Positions 45,720 through 61,981 of a stretch of DNA of 64,000 nt are shown here, in pieces (the first letter of the stretch is position 1; each line of letters starts with the position of its first letter). Origin of the DNA: Chrysomallon squamiferum (Eukaryota; Animalia; Mollusca); NCBI GenBank assembly GCA_012295275.1, contig CM022676.1:16740001-16804000 (forward strand). Reading direction: 5' to 3'. The position numbers and the translations under genes were made by a program. The notes beneath the pieces were generated by a model. That model saw only the letters and a list, made by a program, of their open reading frames with translations, did no database searches and was not told where the DNA came from.

Positions 45720-47169
45720 TGTGCTGTTCCGCACTACATTCCATAATCTTTGCGATTTAATATATTATCATCTGAACTGATTAAGTTGTAAACAATCATA
45801 ATACCTCAACACATTTATATTTTCATCACAGAAAGTAAATGATAGAAATTAAGATTTGTGTTAGGAATTATCCCACAGAACAGCTTTACCAACATCTGTA
45901 TTAACACAGATCAGACAACAGAGTGTGTATTTTAACGTATCTACATCAGACAAACTTTGGAAATCATAGGTGTTCTTTTTAAAATGAACGTAAGATAATA
46001 TTGAAGGTTACATATTATTATATAATCTTATTTAATTTGACATAGTTGTATACTTCTTACGCAAGATCGCTCTGTTAAATCATTACAGCTTACCTAGAGA
46101 TAATTTTAAAATGGTCTTTTTCCAAATATTTTTGTATACTTCTTTTCGTTCGGTGCTGAAACTAGCGTCGCCAGCATATTAAACTGACTGTGTTTGTTTG
46201 TTGTGTAGATCAGATCAAAATAGTTTGTCACTGATACACTATACTCACAAAAACATACTCGGGTTTTATTTACGAGGATTAGACTTGTTACTGTATGTTA
46301 GAGTAATACAGGCTGTTCTTTGTTATTGTGTGGTTGTGTATACATATACACATGTTGTATGTTATTGTGTGTGTGTTTATGTATTTATGTGTGCGTGTAT
46401 ATATAATAATGACTTTCACGGTAGAGAAAGCAAAACCTGATGGCAATGATTAGAAATATAATTTTCTGAAATGTATGACCTGTGTCTCTGTTCACGGTTT
46501 CAATTTGCTATGAATATGCTTCAGAAAATTTTAATATGGAATGTCCTTCAACGTTGTGTCGATAAGTGAAGAAGAAAATTAACATAACTTTCAAATAATC
46601 ATATTTATCTGATTACCTTTTTTACTGTATTTTATTCATTTTTATAGTACATTATTATTAGCAGTAGTAGTAGTAGTAGTAGTAGTAGTATTGTCGTTGT
46701 CGTTGTTGTTGTTATTAAACAGTTGCTATTATTGATGTTCTCATGAATGTTGACAAACGTAAATTATTTCTTATTTTCCTATTTATTTCTACACTTACGC
46801 GCAGACACTGTATTAACAATGAATTGTTCAGCTCTTCGTAAATAATACCCGAGTATACCTCTGTGTATCTCGTGCAGCATAACATACCTGACCCACATAG
46901 CAAACAAACACACACTTGGTGTACTGTTATAGAAGTATCGTTCGGGCACCTTTGAATGTACACGGAAGTACGTAAAAAACAAAACGAACATTTTAAAAGT
47001 ATCTTTACGTGTGCTATAGCGATCTCACAAGTAAAATAAGAAAAAGACAGCTGCAGAGTAATTAACATTAATGCTCAGTAGTCGCATGCATGTATTGAAT
47101 CATCGAAACCGCAAAATAAGAAAGGGACTATTTTCTACCGGGAAAACACCCTTGTATTAATTGTCAAAC

Positions 47170-47319
<150 letters not shown>

Positions 47320-48599
47320 TTCCTTACTGTTTTATGTTTTAAGGCATGTACAACACAAACGCAAATTATATTATGGTAGGAGTGTTTATTAAAATTAAAA
47401 TAAAATATTTATTAAGGTAGCTAAGCTAATATTAAATGTTATATATTAATATAGATTAATTTGACATAATCTACACGTTTCACTTCTTGTTATGCAAGAT
47501 TACGCAGTTAATGAATTACAATTTTTCTTAAAAACAATTTTAAAATAATTTTTTATCCATAATATTTCAGTATTCTGCTCTTACTTTTGACTCGCCAGCA
47601 TATCAAATTAAAGTGTGAAGAGTTTGTTTGCTTTTTATGTAGGTGAGATAAAAATAGCATGTCACTGATACACGAAATACACTAAGGTGTACACAGTGTT
47701 ATATACGAGTATCAAACGTTGAACAGGATCTACTGTTACTGTAGGTTAGAGCAAGACAGTCTATTCTAAGCGTGTGTGTGTGCGTGTGTGTGTGTGAGTG
47801 ACTGCTTATGTTTTAAGATGTATGTATATTTATACGTTTCTATGTATACTTGTGTTTATGTGTGTATATATAATGGCGAAAATGAGAAATAATATAAATA
47901 TATTTTGCATACTATGAAATTGTTTGATTTCATTTTGCCTGATCCACCAGTAGAACAATTTCCTGGTATCAGCATTCAGAAGGGTTTCAGCTCATTTCAA
48001 ATACTCTGATTCCTAGACGAGCACCCGACAATTTGGCCCTGTATAAGAGATTGACACGTGTCCAAATATATTTGATCTTACAGAGATATAAGTGGCTTCG
48101 TGGTTAATCAGAAACATGTGCATGAAGGACCTGCGAAAACCGAATACACCTTATTTCAAATTGTATGAAATCTTTAGGTTGTAGAAATAAACGATGAAAT
48201 ATGTGTATAATTCAGACTGGAAACAAAATATAAATAAAATACTCTTATATAGTTCTGTGTGACTCAAGTTACTTTTATTCCTTTGACATAAATGATGACT
48301 TAACACACAAACCTTAAGCATTATTCGGAAAAGATCAAGGATTTACTGGTATATAATTATTATTTCCGTACTTCGTAATTCCCATCATGAATTAGCTTAA
48401 CCTCTCTAGGAAAGGGTTAAGTATCACACTGTACAACACACCAGTCATTTACTTCTTTGCTGAGGATGTTGCCGTTTCAACCAGAATTAATTTTTCGGAA
48501 ATAGCCAAGAAAATTAACAAAGAAGATAAACTGAAGAATAGTGGGTAAAATGTCATGAGGTGTTAAAGATGGTGAATGGGAAGAAGACAAATGAAGATT

Positions 48600-49930
48600 G
48601 TTTTTTGATTTACACATTCTTCCCACAAAGATTATGAACAGGTATCCCAAAGTCACTCAATAACTGTTACATATTTATTAGTAGCAGTCAGTCTGTAACA
48701 TGAGCTTTACCACTGAAAGAACATCACCTTGTCAGAAAAGAAATGAGACTTTGCTATTAATCAAAAGTGACACAATCTCAACTATACTGTAGGGATGAAG
48801 AATTTCTAGATATATTTCATATCCATTCATAATTACAATGATCCTTTAGCAATATATATCTTCATTATATCTCAAAAGATAGGATTATACTAAAATGGAT
48901 TTCATTGGTTGATGTTTTATGTAGAAAACAACTTCAGAATGCTCCTGCGTTGACAAATCACATATAATATGATTTTTTAATAGTTACGATCTAATACTTT
49001 CTCTATGTAGTATACTAAAGATAATCATTCGCTGAAGAATTTATCGAAATAAACTGAATCAGTATAGAAGTTCAGAACAAAATGTCTTTAACTAAACACA
49101 CAAATATACAAATCATTGTTGACAGAATTAGCCACAAACACACACACATGCGCGCTCGCGCACACACACTCACTGCAAAACACAGTTAGACACATAAATA
49201 TAGACGGATATTTTATCTTGTGTTTCTGAAGTATATATAACGACAAACTATGAATACACAAACAGACCGAGAGACAGGTAGATAGAGGTAGCTAAAGTAA
49301 ATAGAACATAACGAAAACTTTTCTTCACTATTCTTAATAACGGTGCGTTTCATTTCACATGTCATACGATCCATTTTATGTGCTAAATGTTTTGAAACAG
49401 GTATGCGGTTACCAAACAAACTGTTCAGATCGTCGTAAATGACACCCGGATACACGTTTGTATGTGTTGTGTACATAACAAACAACCACTGACTTGTTCG
49501 CTTATCTTCATATGCACGTCATGTCAATGTCGTCTGAATGCTATGAAATGTTTGAAAAACGAAAACAATATTTGAAAATTATCTTTTCGCAATGTTCTGA
49601 AACATAAAACAAGAAAAAAGACGAATCTGCAAATAATTAACGTTAATCTACAGTAGTCATATCTATACTCTTCACTGAATCCTTTAAGTACTAAACGAAT
49701 CTTTCCCTGTAAAATATAATAAAACATTTAAAAAATCACTTTTATTCAGTTATTAAAGAAACTTCAAAAATGTTTTACACAAGTATACACCCATATTAGT
49801 TGTTTATCATGAACGAACAGTTCATGCATTTTAATATATCAAACGTCTGTTTTACGAATTGTGAAACAGTTACATCTAGAATAATAACAAAATGTGCACA
49901 GATGGATTAAGTTAGCTTTCCGGTTACAAT
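48600..49930 (+). pseudogene. Duplicated promoter/intron-1 block lacking its leader exon
   Basis: Homology to 8640-9460 runs to ...accaaacaaactg (49423) and then jumps to sequence homologous to 10607 (ttcagatcgtcgtaaat). Confidence 0.6.
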
Positions 49931-50482
49931 TTTAAACTTAGTCAACATGTTATGAATATGAAGATAGGAATCAGCATCAAAATTAAACTATTTGCGTTTG
50001 ACAGAGACAAACTTATCTGTTCCGTTTTTAAGTAAGATTTCTTATTTTTTTCTTTTTCTAAATTTAATTTGTTATATCTATAGTCGATAATATTTATTTT
50101 AATATAAATTACAAACATTCTCGATTTGCCCATCAAGCAGACAAAATTTAGCGAACAAATTAGTCTAAATCTAAAGTTTCAATTCCTGAAGGAACAGTAG
50201 AGGGCACCAGGAATGCATAATAGGCAGACTTGTGTGTGTTGTTGTTTAAATAAAGTGTAATCAGCAATGAACGTAATTATTAACGTGAACTGAGAGAGAA
50301 AACATTAAATAATTCACTTATACTTATATGACGTATTTACAATTACTATTATTGTTGTTGTTGCTGTTGTTTTAATTGTTGGTGCTGATATAAAATTAAT
50401 TCAAGAAAAAAATTCTGATTTGAAATTGTGTTTAAAATAATAATGGTTTTAAAGGATCATAATTTATGAATATCTATATTAC

Positions 50483-50564
<82 letters not shown>

Positions 50565-51154
50565 GTGATTATTATTATTAATCTTATTATTCTTACACTT
50601 TATTTGTTGTTGTTTTTGTTGTTTGTCTGAGTATGTAAGGTGAACTTTTTCACACTAAGGCATGTTTGTATTTTCCTGATTATGTCTGTATCATAATGTT
50701 TGTTATATGCTGTATTTTGGTTCAGTGGAAGGGTACATTCCTGTTAAGTGTGAATTTATCCACTGTATTCTGTATCTTAGTTAATGTTTGATAGTGTGTG
50801 TTGACTTCTAGCAGAGGAAGAAGTTTGACTGATTCAGCGAAATGTTTCGAAAACCAGTTTGTAATAAAATAATTTCACAGATGTAGCTATCGCGTAGCAG
50901 TAATGAAATGTTTCTACATGTCCTAAATTACAAACATTCGCTTCTTAGAAAATTCATCTCTATAGTGTCAGAAAACTAGCCATTAATACGTAAATAGTTC
51001 GCAACCGACAAAACATAAAATATAATCTTTTCTTTGCCATTTGTTTGGTTCAATACACACAGTTTTATACGTAGGGCGGATATCAAATAACTAAAAGCAT
51101 AATTTAGATTCCTAGTCACTGTCATTGTCCATATTAATGTTATTATTATCATTG

Positions 51155-51155
51155 G

Positions 51156-51192
<37 letters not shown>

Positions 51193-51210
51193 CTTCTTCT
51201 TCTTCTTCTT

Positions 51211-51272
<62 letters not shown>
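51155..51272. repeat. Compound (TTG)n(TTC)n(TTA)n microsatellite
   Basis: Directly visible. Confidence 0.95.
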
Positions 51273-51273
<1 letters not shown>

Positions 51274-53346
51274 TGACTTTCACGGTAAACAAAGTAACAC
51301 CCGACAGTAATAATTTGCTATTTAATTTTCTGAAATAATTTTTACCCTGTCTCTGTTTATTACTTATTTTGCTATGACTGTAATTGACATAATTTTAATA
51401 AGGAATGCATTTTCTCGTGCCTTGATTAAGGATGTTCAGTCCTGTCCTATAAATACTGAAAAATAATAAGAAGATAACTTCAAATAATTAAATTATTTTT
51501 CTTTTAATTTTATATAGTATATTGTCGTTTGTGTTGTTTTTCTCGTTATTATTGTTATTGAACAGTTATTATTATTTATCTTTTAATAATGTTGAAAAAT
51601 CTAAATGATATCACATTTTTCTCTCTTTCTTTCCACACTTCACCGCAGACACAATGAACTTTTCAGATATTTGCAAATAACACCCTGAGTATCTCGAACA
51701 GAAGTGACACGCTATTTTGATCTGGACTACATAACAAACACTCACTTGCTATACTGGTTATGTGAGTATCGTTTGAGGATTATTAATCATTACTGAAATA
51801 TTTGGAAAATGAAAACAACTTCATAAAATGATTTTTACATATGCTATAACGTTATAGAACATAAAATAAGAACAAAGGCAGCTGCAAACTAATTAACTAT
51901 AATTCAATAGTTGTATGCAAATATAAAATTATCGAAACCGATAAGAACGCAACGGAATATTTCCCTCGCGAAATATTATATTTTAGGTTCTCATCAGTCC
52001 ATGTTTCAGAAGTATACGTCATTATTATGTGTTTAGCATTAGTCTCTACAAACAGTCTCTACATTTTAACATATTTAATGTCTGCGTGTCCACTCTTCTT
52101 TTAACTGCCAAACAGTCAAATCTAGATATTATCATACAACATCCGGTTAAAACATTACTTGTATTATTTGTTTAGACTGCGAGAAACAATTGATAAAATT
52201 AATATATTTTTTTTTTGTTTGTTTTGTATTTGTCTGTTTAGAAATAATCCTACAATGTGCTCAGCTGGATTCAGTTAGGTCTGCAGTTACAAAATCCAAC
52301 TTAGTATATGTTTCATGTTACGTATATGCAGATAGAAATCAGATTAAAAAAATAAAGAAGATGCGTTTTTCAAAGACTAATCTATTCAGTTTAAAAACAA
52401 GAAATATCCATCTTCCTTATTTTTAAATTGATTTACTTCTTATACCTACAGCGATTTAAGGTGTTCATTGTTTATTTCAGCATAAAATACATTACACATT
52501 CTCGATTTCAGCATTCCACAAACAAAATTTGGCGATTTAATTAGGCCCACATCAACCGGTTCAATTTCTCAGGAACAGTAGATGTTACTCGGTTTACATA
52601 CTAGTTAGACGTGTTCAAATAAAGTATAATCATCAATGAACGCAATTAATAACGTAAACTAAGAGAGAAATCATTAAGTAATGTTGTTTAATGAAGAAAA
52701 CAAATAAAATAAATAATAATAAAATACAGAGAAGTAAAAAAACAAAAAAAAAAACTTTTTTGAATAGCTATATGCCGATAAACATGAAGTCCTCATCGGA
52801 GAACGCAGAATGTCGACAAAATTATCATTTAAACACACGAAGCCACGCGCAGAATTACGAGAAAAAAAGACAACCACCGTAAGTCATGACTTCATAACGA
52901 AAATCAGGAGATACAATGTAGAATTATTCGATTTTAGTAGTTATTGATTCATGTATTTGTTTAGTTAAAACAATATATACACCCTGTTAATGTACCTTTG
53001 CAGTCGTATGTATGCGAGATAAGTGTTTTGTGTAAATGATCGTTATAAACTGACGGACTATGAAAACAAAAGGTTTCAGTTTAAATAATCTTACTAATTT
53101 GATTAATTTTATCACAGCTTAAAAAATCCTCTCTTTTAAATATTGTTTTACTGGTCGGATGACAACACTTCCTGGTTTACAAGTGAGATGTTCGATGATG
53201 TGTGTTTTCTATTCTCTGCGCTAAGAACGTTTGTTTTCTATCACCTGAATTACTGCAGAGAAACGTTTAAGATTTCTAGGTCTTAATAATGGACGATACT
53301 AAGGTGTTAAGTTATTATGCTCACCTGTTCCTGTTTCTAAAGGCAG

Positions 53347-53391
<45 letters not shown>

Positions 53392-55141
53392 AATAAAAAA
53401 GAAAAAAGGCACAAATATTAAAATGACACATTAGCTATATTGTTATAATAATTCCTTTACACATTAGTTACATTCACACGTGCAAATAAATAAATACATA
53501 CATACACACGCTTTAGTATCCATATTTACTTAAAAACAAATGATTTATATAAAAAAAAGAAATAAATAGCCTTATAGCTACTTTCTATTCTGATTACTGA
53601 ATCACTAAAGTAAAATTCTGAGAAAATGTCAAGTTTTTGAAGAGAACTTAGACGTAAATAGGTATCCAGCTGTGCAAGAAATTAAATATACTTGAGAAAA
53701 AAGAAGAAATAAACGTATCAGTCTGAATTATTATTTCAGTAACTATGTGTTTGAATCCGTACATATTTAAGGCCTTCAGTATTATTATTATTGTTGTTGT
53801 TGTTATTATTGACTTCACTTCACTTTATATATATATATATAAGTTCTTTGTTTATGTTCAGATTACATTCCATAACCTTGGCGACAGAATATATCATCAT
53901 ATAAACTGATTAATTTATACACAATGGTAAATACCAGAGAGTTTATATTTCCATCATACAAAGTAAATTAGAACTGGAAATTAAGATTTGTGTTTGGAAT
54001 TATCCCAGAGAGAAGCTTGACCATCTATTTTAACAAAGATCAGAGAAATGAGTTTGTATTTTAACGTATAAACAAACTACGAAAATCATAGAAGTGGTTA
54101 TTAAAATAAAAATAAAATATCAATTTGTGTAGTTAAGATAATATTACAGATTATACATTAATATAGACCAAAAAACAAATTATGAAAAGCATAGGTATGT
54201 TCATTAAAATTATAATGAAATATCAATTTATCTAGGTGAGATAATATTAAAGGCTATATATTATTATAGATTAATTTTATTTTATTTTACATGTTTGTCT
54301 TCTTGTTATGCAAGATCGCTCTGATAAAACATTACAACTTAACTACAGATCATTTTATGTTTTTTTTTTTTTTTTTTTTTCGAAATAGTTTTGTTTACTG
54401 CGTTTCGTCTTGTGATGAAACTAGCATGGCCAGTATATCAAATTAACTGTGTATGTTTGTTATGCAGGTCAGATAAAAATAGTGTGTCACTGATACACGA
54501 CAGTCACAAAGATGTACTTGGTTGTTATTTATGAAGATTAAACCTGTTACTGCAGGTTAGAGTAAGACAGACTGTTCTATGTGACTGCGTGTATGTGTGT
54601 GTATGTGTATATTTGTTTTTGTGTGTGTATGCATATGTATATCTCTGTTTATTTGTAAGTATGTCAACATTTATGAGAGAAAAGACCTATGGAGAAAAGA
54701 GAAATGGTCTAAATATATTGTACACACAACGAACTTGTTTTATTTCATTTTGGGTGATCCACTATTAGGACAAGTCCACGGTATCAGGATTCAGAAGGGT
54801 TTGATCTCATTCCAACTGCCCTGATTGCTAGAGGTGTATTCCAGAAAGTAGGCGCTGTGTAGGACACTGACATACAGAGAAAAGAGATGTAAGTTTGCAC
54901 AAACAAGAAAAAAAACTTTACACACAGTCACAAGTTATTTAACAACTTACAGTTTGACTGTAGCTTCAATTTCTGTCAATGATTTGACGTCATGGACATT
55001 GAGCGCTGAAACAAACAAGAATAACTCCATTTCACGAGTCAGTAAGAATTATTATTATTATTATTGTTATTGTTATTGTTATTGTTATTATTATTATTAT
55101 TATTTGTATTGTTATTATTATTATTAGTAGTATTATTATTA

Positions 55142-55200
<59 letters not shown>

Positions 55201-57087
55201 TTTGCTCTAGATGTTGACATTACTGACACCGTTCTTTATGTTGTTTTTCCATTTTTTCTTTTACACTTTTTGTTTTTTTTTAATATAAAACTAATCACAG
55301 GTGATGCTGATAATAATAATAAAAAATAACAATGACAACAACAATTTCATGGGTTGTATTATATCTGCAACTGGGAAAAGAACATTCACTGTTTCTTAAT
55401 TAACTTATTTTATTATTTACACCAGAAAAGAAAACTGAATATTTGTGTTCATATGCGTATGCATATTTATATCTCTGTTGCTTTGTTCGTATGTCAACAT
55501 TTATGACTGTACCTATGGAGAAAAAGAGAAATATGGATTTATATGGCTTGATGGGTAATGATAAATGTGTGCTTGAAGGACGTTACACGAAAAAGACATG
55601 CGAAAAACGAACTAACCTTATTTCAAAATTGTCAGAAAGATTTAGAGTTACAAACACAACCAGTTATAATTTAGTCTAGAAAAAAAGTATTAATAAAATA
55701 CTGTTACATAATTTTGTGTGAGTCATGTTACACTTAATCCGCTGTCATAAAATAAACAGTATATGGTGAACTGCTGTGATGATAGAAGTATGTCAATTCA
55801 AGCTGAAGAACATGATTCGGATTTGATGTCTAAACTAAACATTTACAAACATTCAAAATGATTCGCAAGTGACCAAGGATTTGCCAGTAAATAATTATTA
55901 TTTATGTAGCTTCGTAATTCCCATTATAAATAAAGTTAGCATCATTAGGAAAGAGTTCATTATCATACTGTTAAGCTCGCGATTTGTTAATTTTATTTCT
56001 TCGATATAGTCGAGGGAACGAACAAAGATGATATTGCTAAGAATTTAGGGTAAAATGTTGAAAGACAAAAACAGATTTTTACCACAAAGATGATGAACAG
56101 GAATCCCGAATTCAAACAGTTCCTGCAATAGTTTTATTTGTAGAAGTGAAACTTTAAGTTTTACCACTGATGGAACATCTGCTTGAAAAATATCACGCTG
56201 TGAAAAAAAGATGCGAAATTGTGTCTTAAAAAACCCTAAAAGTTGACAACTATACAGCTGAGATGAAGAATTTTAGATTGCTAGATATATTTCGTATCCA
56301 TTCATAATTATTATAATCATTTAGCAATATATATTTTCTTTATAACAGAACAAATAGGATTATAAAAATAATTCACTTATTGTTTGATGCTTACTGCATG
56401 TTGATAACAGCTTCAGAATGCGCCTCTGTTGACATGACAAATCACTAATAACATGATTCTCCGATAGTTACAAAGTAATTATTTCTATATTTACTATATT
56501 CAAGACACTAAAGATAGTTATTCCCTGAAGAATTTATGAAAATTAACCGAATCAGCACAAAAGTTCAGAACAGAATATCTGTAAACACAGAACATGTGAA
56601 TCGTTGATCACAGAATCAGACAAATACAAAAACACACATCCGTGCGATCGCATTTAGACACTTTCACACAAGCATCAAACTATCTGAAGTTTACACAATG
56701 ACAAACAATTTTGAATAAATAGATAGACAGATAGACAAATATACAGTCAGATAGATAGACAGACAGACAGATAGATATATCGATAGATAGATCAAGATTA
56801 ATAGAGAGACAAGTAGACAGACTACCAGAAAGAAAGGTTCTCTTCGCTGTTCTTGACAATAGTACTTTTTTCTTTTGTTTTGTACTATTATTATTTTTTT
56901 TTTTATCTCAAATGTGTCCTACGTTACAGTTCAGCTCCTCTGACAAATTTCTTTCAAGCAGGTGTACAGTTACCAAAGAAATTGCGTCAGTCAACGAGCA
57001 ATGTATATAAGGCTAAGAAGAAGGATCTGAATTAAAGTAGTTGTGTTTGATGGAGACAGACTGATGTAGTCAGTTTTATATTAAGAA

Positions 57088-57145
57088 ATGTCGTTCTTTC
57101 CAAATTTATGGATTGTTTTACTTTTTATTCCTACTGTCATTTCAG
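57088..57145 (+). CDS. Signal-peptide exon MSFFPNLWIVLLFIPTVIS (alternative first exon or orphan leader)
   Basis: 58 nt, phase 1, CAG|gtatgtca donor; paralogue of 9565-9622; no ectodomain exon seen before the next leader. Confidence 0.7.
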
Positions 57146-58280
57146 GTATGTCATATTATTTTTATATATATTGTTATTAAGAATGAAATTCATAAATTTA
57201 ATAGTGTACCGACAGTTTTATTTGTTTTAATAATACAAATCACAGCAAAACGCCAATACCTGCTTCTTTAAAATTGTGAATCGGTAAGGCATGGAATTAT
57301 GAAGATCGTGAATTGAGTAATGGCTAATTCTGCATGAACAAACGATTCACTGCAGAAAGTTTGTATGTTAGATGATATTGATAGCAGAGGCTCAATACTA
57401 TTCGCTCTCTAATTTTGACATGAATGTGCATAATTGCCATTATTTTCAGATTGATGTTTGGTAATGAGTAGGTAAATTTGGATGAAAATGGTTTATTGGA
57501 AAGATAATTTGGTAAGGATTCCATATGAGCTACCACCAGGTAGCAACTACATTTTGGAACTTTTGCACCTTTTGTTTGACCTTGAAATGACCTGAAGTCA
57601 AAATTAAAGTTCAAGGTGTTATCTACAAGACAAGATGTAATATTTGGAGCTTATTAGTCAAATACACTTAAGATGGACATGCTGAACACAAAATGTCCAT
57701 TTTCACTCTTTTAGAGATTAAGTAATACAGAAATGGACAATGCTGTAGTACTGTTAAAAACTAAGAGTACGAACTTTCTGGTTTTTAATTTGGGAGTTTT
57801 TCGGGTGCTGAATTTTTCGTTGTTTATTCATGAAAGTACTATATAAACCGACTAAGGGTATTTTTCTTACTGGTTTCTTTCTGTACATATTAAATTACAC
57901 CGCCACACAATGAAATAATTTTTAAAATTACAAACTACAACACAGCATCAAACAAATAAGCAGTATCAGTATCTTTATTTACCAGTCACAAGTATCACGG
58001 CTTCTCTGTACTTTTTATCTGACTTTGAGCCATGTAAAGTGACACTTATGAACCGAAGAACCGTGACTTGTAACAGTCACGTTTTCACGAGCAGACGATG
58101 TTTTTGTTAACGAGATTATTAGAATGAAAAAACAAATGTTTATTTCGAAAGAGTTCAACGAAAATAAAACAGTTTTAAGAGATTATAATTATACGACACT
58201 ACTATTATTGTTGTTGTTATTATTATCATTATGAATATTATAAGTATTATTATTATGAGTAATATTATTCTTATTATTAC

Positions 58281-58329
<49 letters not shown>

Positions 58330-59619
58330 TATTATTATTATTATTAGACGTCCACGGTAAACAAAGGGAAACCTAAGAGAAATGATTTGCTATATAATTT
58401 TCTGAAAAATATGTTTTACCTCCGGCTCACAATTTTAATTTCGTGTGAATGTGCTTTAGACAATTTGCATAGCGAATGTTTCACTGGTGTGTCGATACAC
58501 GTTGTTCAGTCCTGTGTAATAGTAACTGAGAAAGAGGAAGAAGATGAAGAAGTTAACATTCAAAGATATAAATGTATCTGATTATCTGTATTGTTGTTGT
58601 TTTTGTTGTTATTATTATTATTATTAGTGGTAGTAGTAGTAGTAGAAGTTGTTGTATTGTTGTTATTGTTGCTGCTGCTGTCTTTATTAGTATTATTGTT
58701 ATTGAGCAGTTACTATTATTTATGTCACGAATGTTGGTAAACGTAAATGATTTCTTTATTACACTATTTTTCCACACTTATGAACAGGCTCTGTATTAAC
58801 GCGCGCGCGTGTGTGTGTGTGTGTCTGTGTGTGCTCTCTTACATATATGTCATTTAATTTTTTATGTTTGTAGTTATTAAGAGTGACACACTGAATACTG
58901 AATGATACCACTACTACTACCAATACTACTACTACTACAACTACAATTACTACTACTACTATTACTACTACTACTACTACTACTACTGATAATAATAATA
59001 ATAATAATAACAGTAATAACTATAATAAAATTAGATACATATAGTAAATTCTGGAATACATCTAACATTCATTCGTTTATAATATTTTATTAGAAGAGCA
59101 AGTCGTAGCACAATTCCAAGAATAGCATTGTTTGAATTTCTTTGTATTGTTGTTCCTTTTCTTTAAATCACGGAATCAAGGAGACATAAGCATTATTAAA
59201 TGATGATCGTGAATTCAATAATAAGTAAAACAACGTAAAAAAAAAAGAAGAAATCACTGATAAAATTTGGTGTATATTTGGTGAAATTTTAAAATATTAA
59301 CCTAATATTATTAGCCCTCGAATTTTGACATTTTTGCCAGAAATGGCCGTGGGTGCAACTTTTCAAACCCTGATATCTAGTTAATCAGTGAGAAGATTTG
59401 GATGAAACATTTTCGTTGGAAAGCTAATTTGATAGGAATCCCAAATACGCCATTATTTCCTTACCATATACAACTACATTTCAGAATCTTTACAACTTTT
59501 GTTTGATCTTGAATTTGACTTTGTTGCCCATGACACCTTGAAATGACCTCAAGATATAAAAGTTCCAGAATCTATAATATTTGGAGTTTAATAGTAAAAT
59601 ACACTTAAAGTGGAGATTA

Positions 59620-61760
59620 TTGATTTAATATAAACAAGTTTGAAGTAACCATTTAATACAATAAAAATTGTGTTATGTCCACATGTACTTTTAACCAAAT
59701 CGTCTAAAATATTTTTCAAAAATCTGTTCCAAAGATAATGACAACATGTATTAAATTATATAGTAATGAGTAAATCTTGTTTTAACTTTCAAATTAGGTT
59801 CCCCAAAATGTTATTATTCCTAATTTTATAGAAATATAAAGGGGATATCGTCCCAGTTCTCCATAGATTATAGAACCAGGGGTACATTTATTAACACTTA
59901 ATAACTACTTTTCTATTAAACGTATACTTATAAAACCCTGCAATTCCACAACAAAATTGGTTGCATTAGTTTATCAAATAAATCAACTACACAGTCGATA
60001 GAGAAACTGTTCTGATGGTTTTAAGCTTTCATTGGTTTGTTATTTACCTTTGTTATGTACGTTGTAAGTGAATAGACTTTGTGTTCTTTATGTCTATGTC
60101 CATCTATAGTTATTAGTCATATCAATATTTTATTCATAGCACTAGCACATATAAACACAAAGTTTTCGCCGTTTAAAGAGAATCATTATCTTAGTTTTGT
60201 GATTAATATTAAGAGTATGCTGTAAAGGATCAGAACATTTTGCTAACAGTACTGTAATGTCAGCACATAGTAGAATAAAAGTTTTAAATAAACATTACAT
60301 TTTTTATTGTTGCAATTTATTCTGTTACATTTGCCTTACTGTATATGAGAAACTCCTCTAAATCATGTAGAAAACAAAAATACCTACAGATTTTCTCTTT
60401 GGGTGACACCGATTTCAGAATCAGATAAGAAACTATTTATTGATTTAGTAATTATTATTTTTAACTTATTTACATTTCTTTATTAAAATAATTAGAGACT
60501 ATAAAGACAATAAGTGGTGCGTTATGGAATAACGTTTACGTAATACAGCTTGACTTTGAAAAAGCAGGTTTGTTGTATCTGCACACTTATTTAATTCAGA
60601 ATTCAGTACAGATTCAAATAATGTACCGAAAGAGTTTGATAATGTAGCTGGTGTACAGGTTTTTAGGTAACATTTGGCACTTTTATTCTTATATTCTGGT
60701 TTAACGAGTCCCATTAAATGTTTGTTATGGAATAAAGCTTGATTTTGTAAAAGCAGGTTTGTTTTATCTGTGTACTTATTTAATTCAGAATTCAGTACAG
60801 ATTCAAATAATTTACCATTAACCAACTAGATGGTACAGTTGATGTTTCAAGTATAACGTTAAACAATAGAACATATAAAGGTAACATAATATTAACAGTA
60901 TATATTAATATATTCATCAGTAATAAAGTCTTCTCCGGCTGGTTGATCACTGTTAACTGCTCTAGATATTTCGTCGGCTGAAAAAGGATTGTTCAAAATA
61001 TCATTAGTGGCTTCTTTGCTTTCAGTGTGCAATTTTCATCAACGTTACAATTAAAGGATGTGAAAAAATATCAATTCACACATGTTCTTCTGACAGTCAG
61101 TGTTTATTGCTGTTAAGAGCTGAGCAGTACTCTATTGGATTTGACGTTTTTATCATTTTCATTTTACGTTTAACAGATATTTTATGTTCCCTAACTGATC
61201 TATTTAGCGTTTGTTTGAAATGATTCTCTTTGTACTTCAAGTTAGTTTTCAGTATACATCCACCATATTGCTTATATCTTTGTCTCTCTTCCCTGACATC
61301 TTTTTAGCAGTTTTGCAAACTCTGTTAAACCAGACCTGATTATAGCGATGCTAATTGTAATATAGGTTGGTTTGTTTCAAAACCTATCTTTAGCTGCAGT
61401 TATAAATATTACATTTATATCTGAGAAACTATTATTAAAAAATTCAGAATTAACGTGGGCAGACATGCAATTTTGTAAGTTTTGTGATATTTCATTTAAT
61501 AAACGCTCCTGCTTTTTAAAGTTATCATCAAATTATTGCTTTTATTTATTACCCCATTTCACTGGGACTTCCTTACAGCTTATGGGTACGAATTACAGTG
61601 TTTTCTGGAGATACGTGTGTATGTAGTTTGGCCTATTGACATTTAATAACTCATATATCTTCATCTACTCTTCTAGTCACTATAAGCATGTTATTGTATG
61701 TATAGAAATCAAGGAGAATACGACCACAGTTATTTTTATGTTTACACTCGTTGTTTCAAT
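59620..61760 (-). mobile_element. Decayed LINE ORF2 (reverse transcriptase) fragment, longest copy
   Basis: Minus-strand TLSNSFGTLFESVLNSELNKCADTTNLLFQSQAVLRKRYSITHHLLSL matches the RT motif (ITLLS..GKLF..VLN.RL......LL..NQ.GFRK..ST.DH); downstream LFDKLMQPILL and IIYGELGRYPL are typical post-RT LINE motifs; internal ~150-bp duplication. Confidence 0.8.
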
Positions 61761-61981
<221 letters not shown>

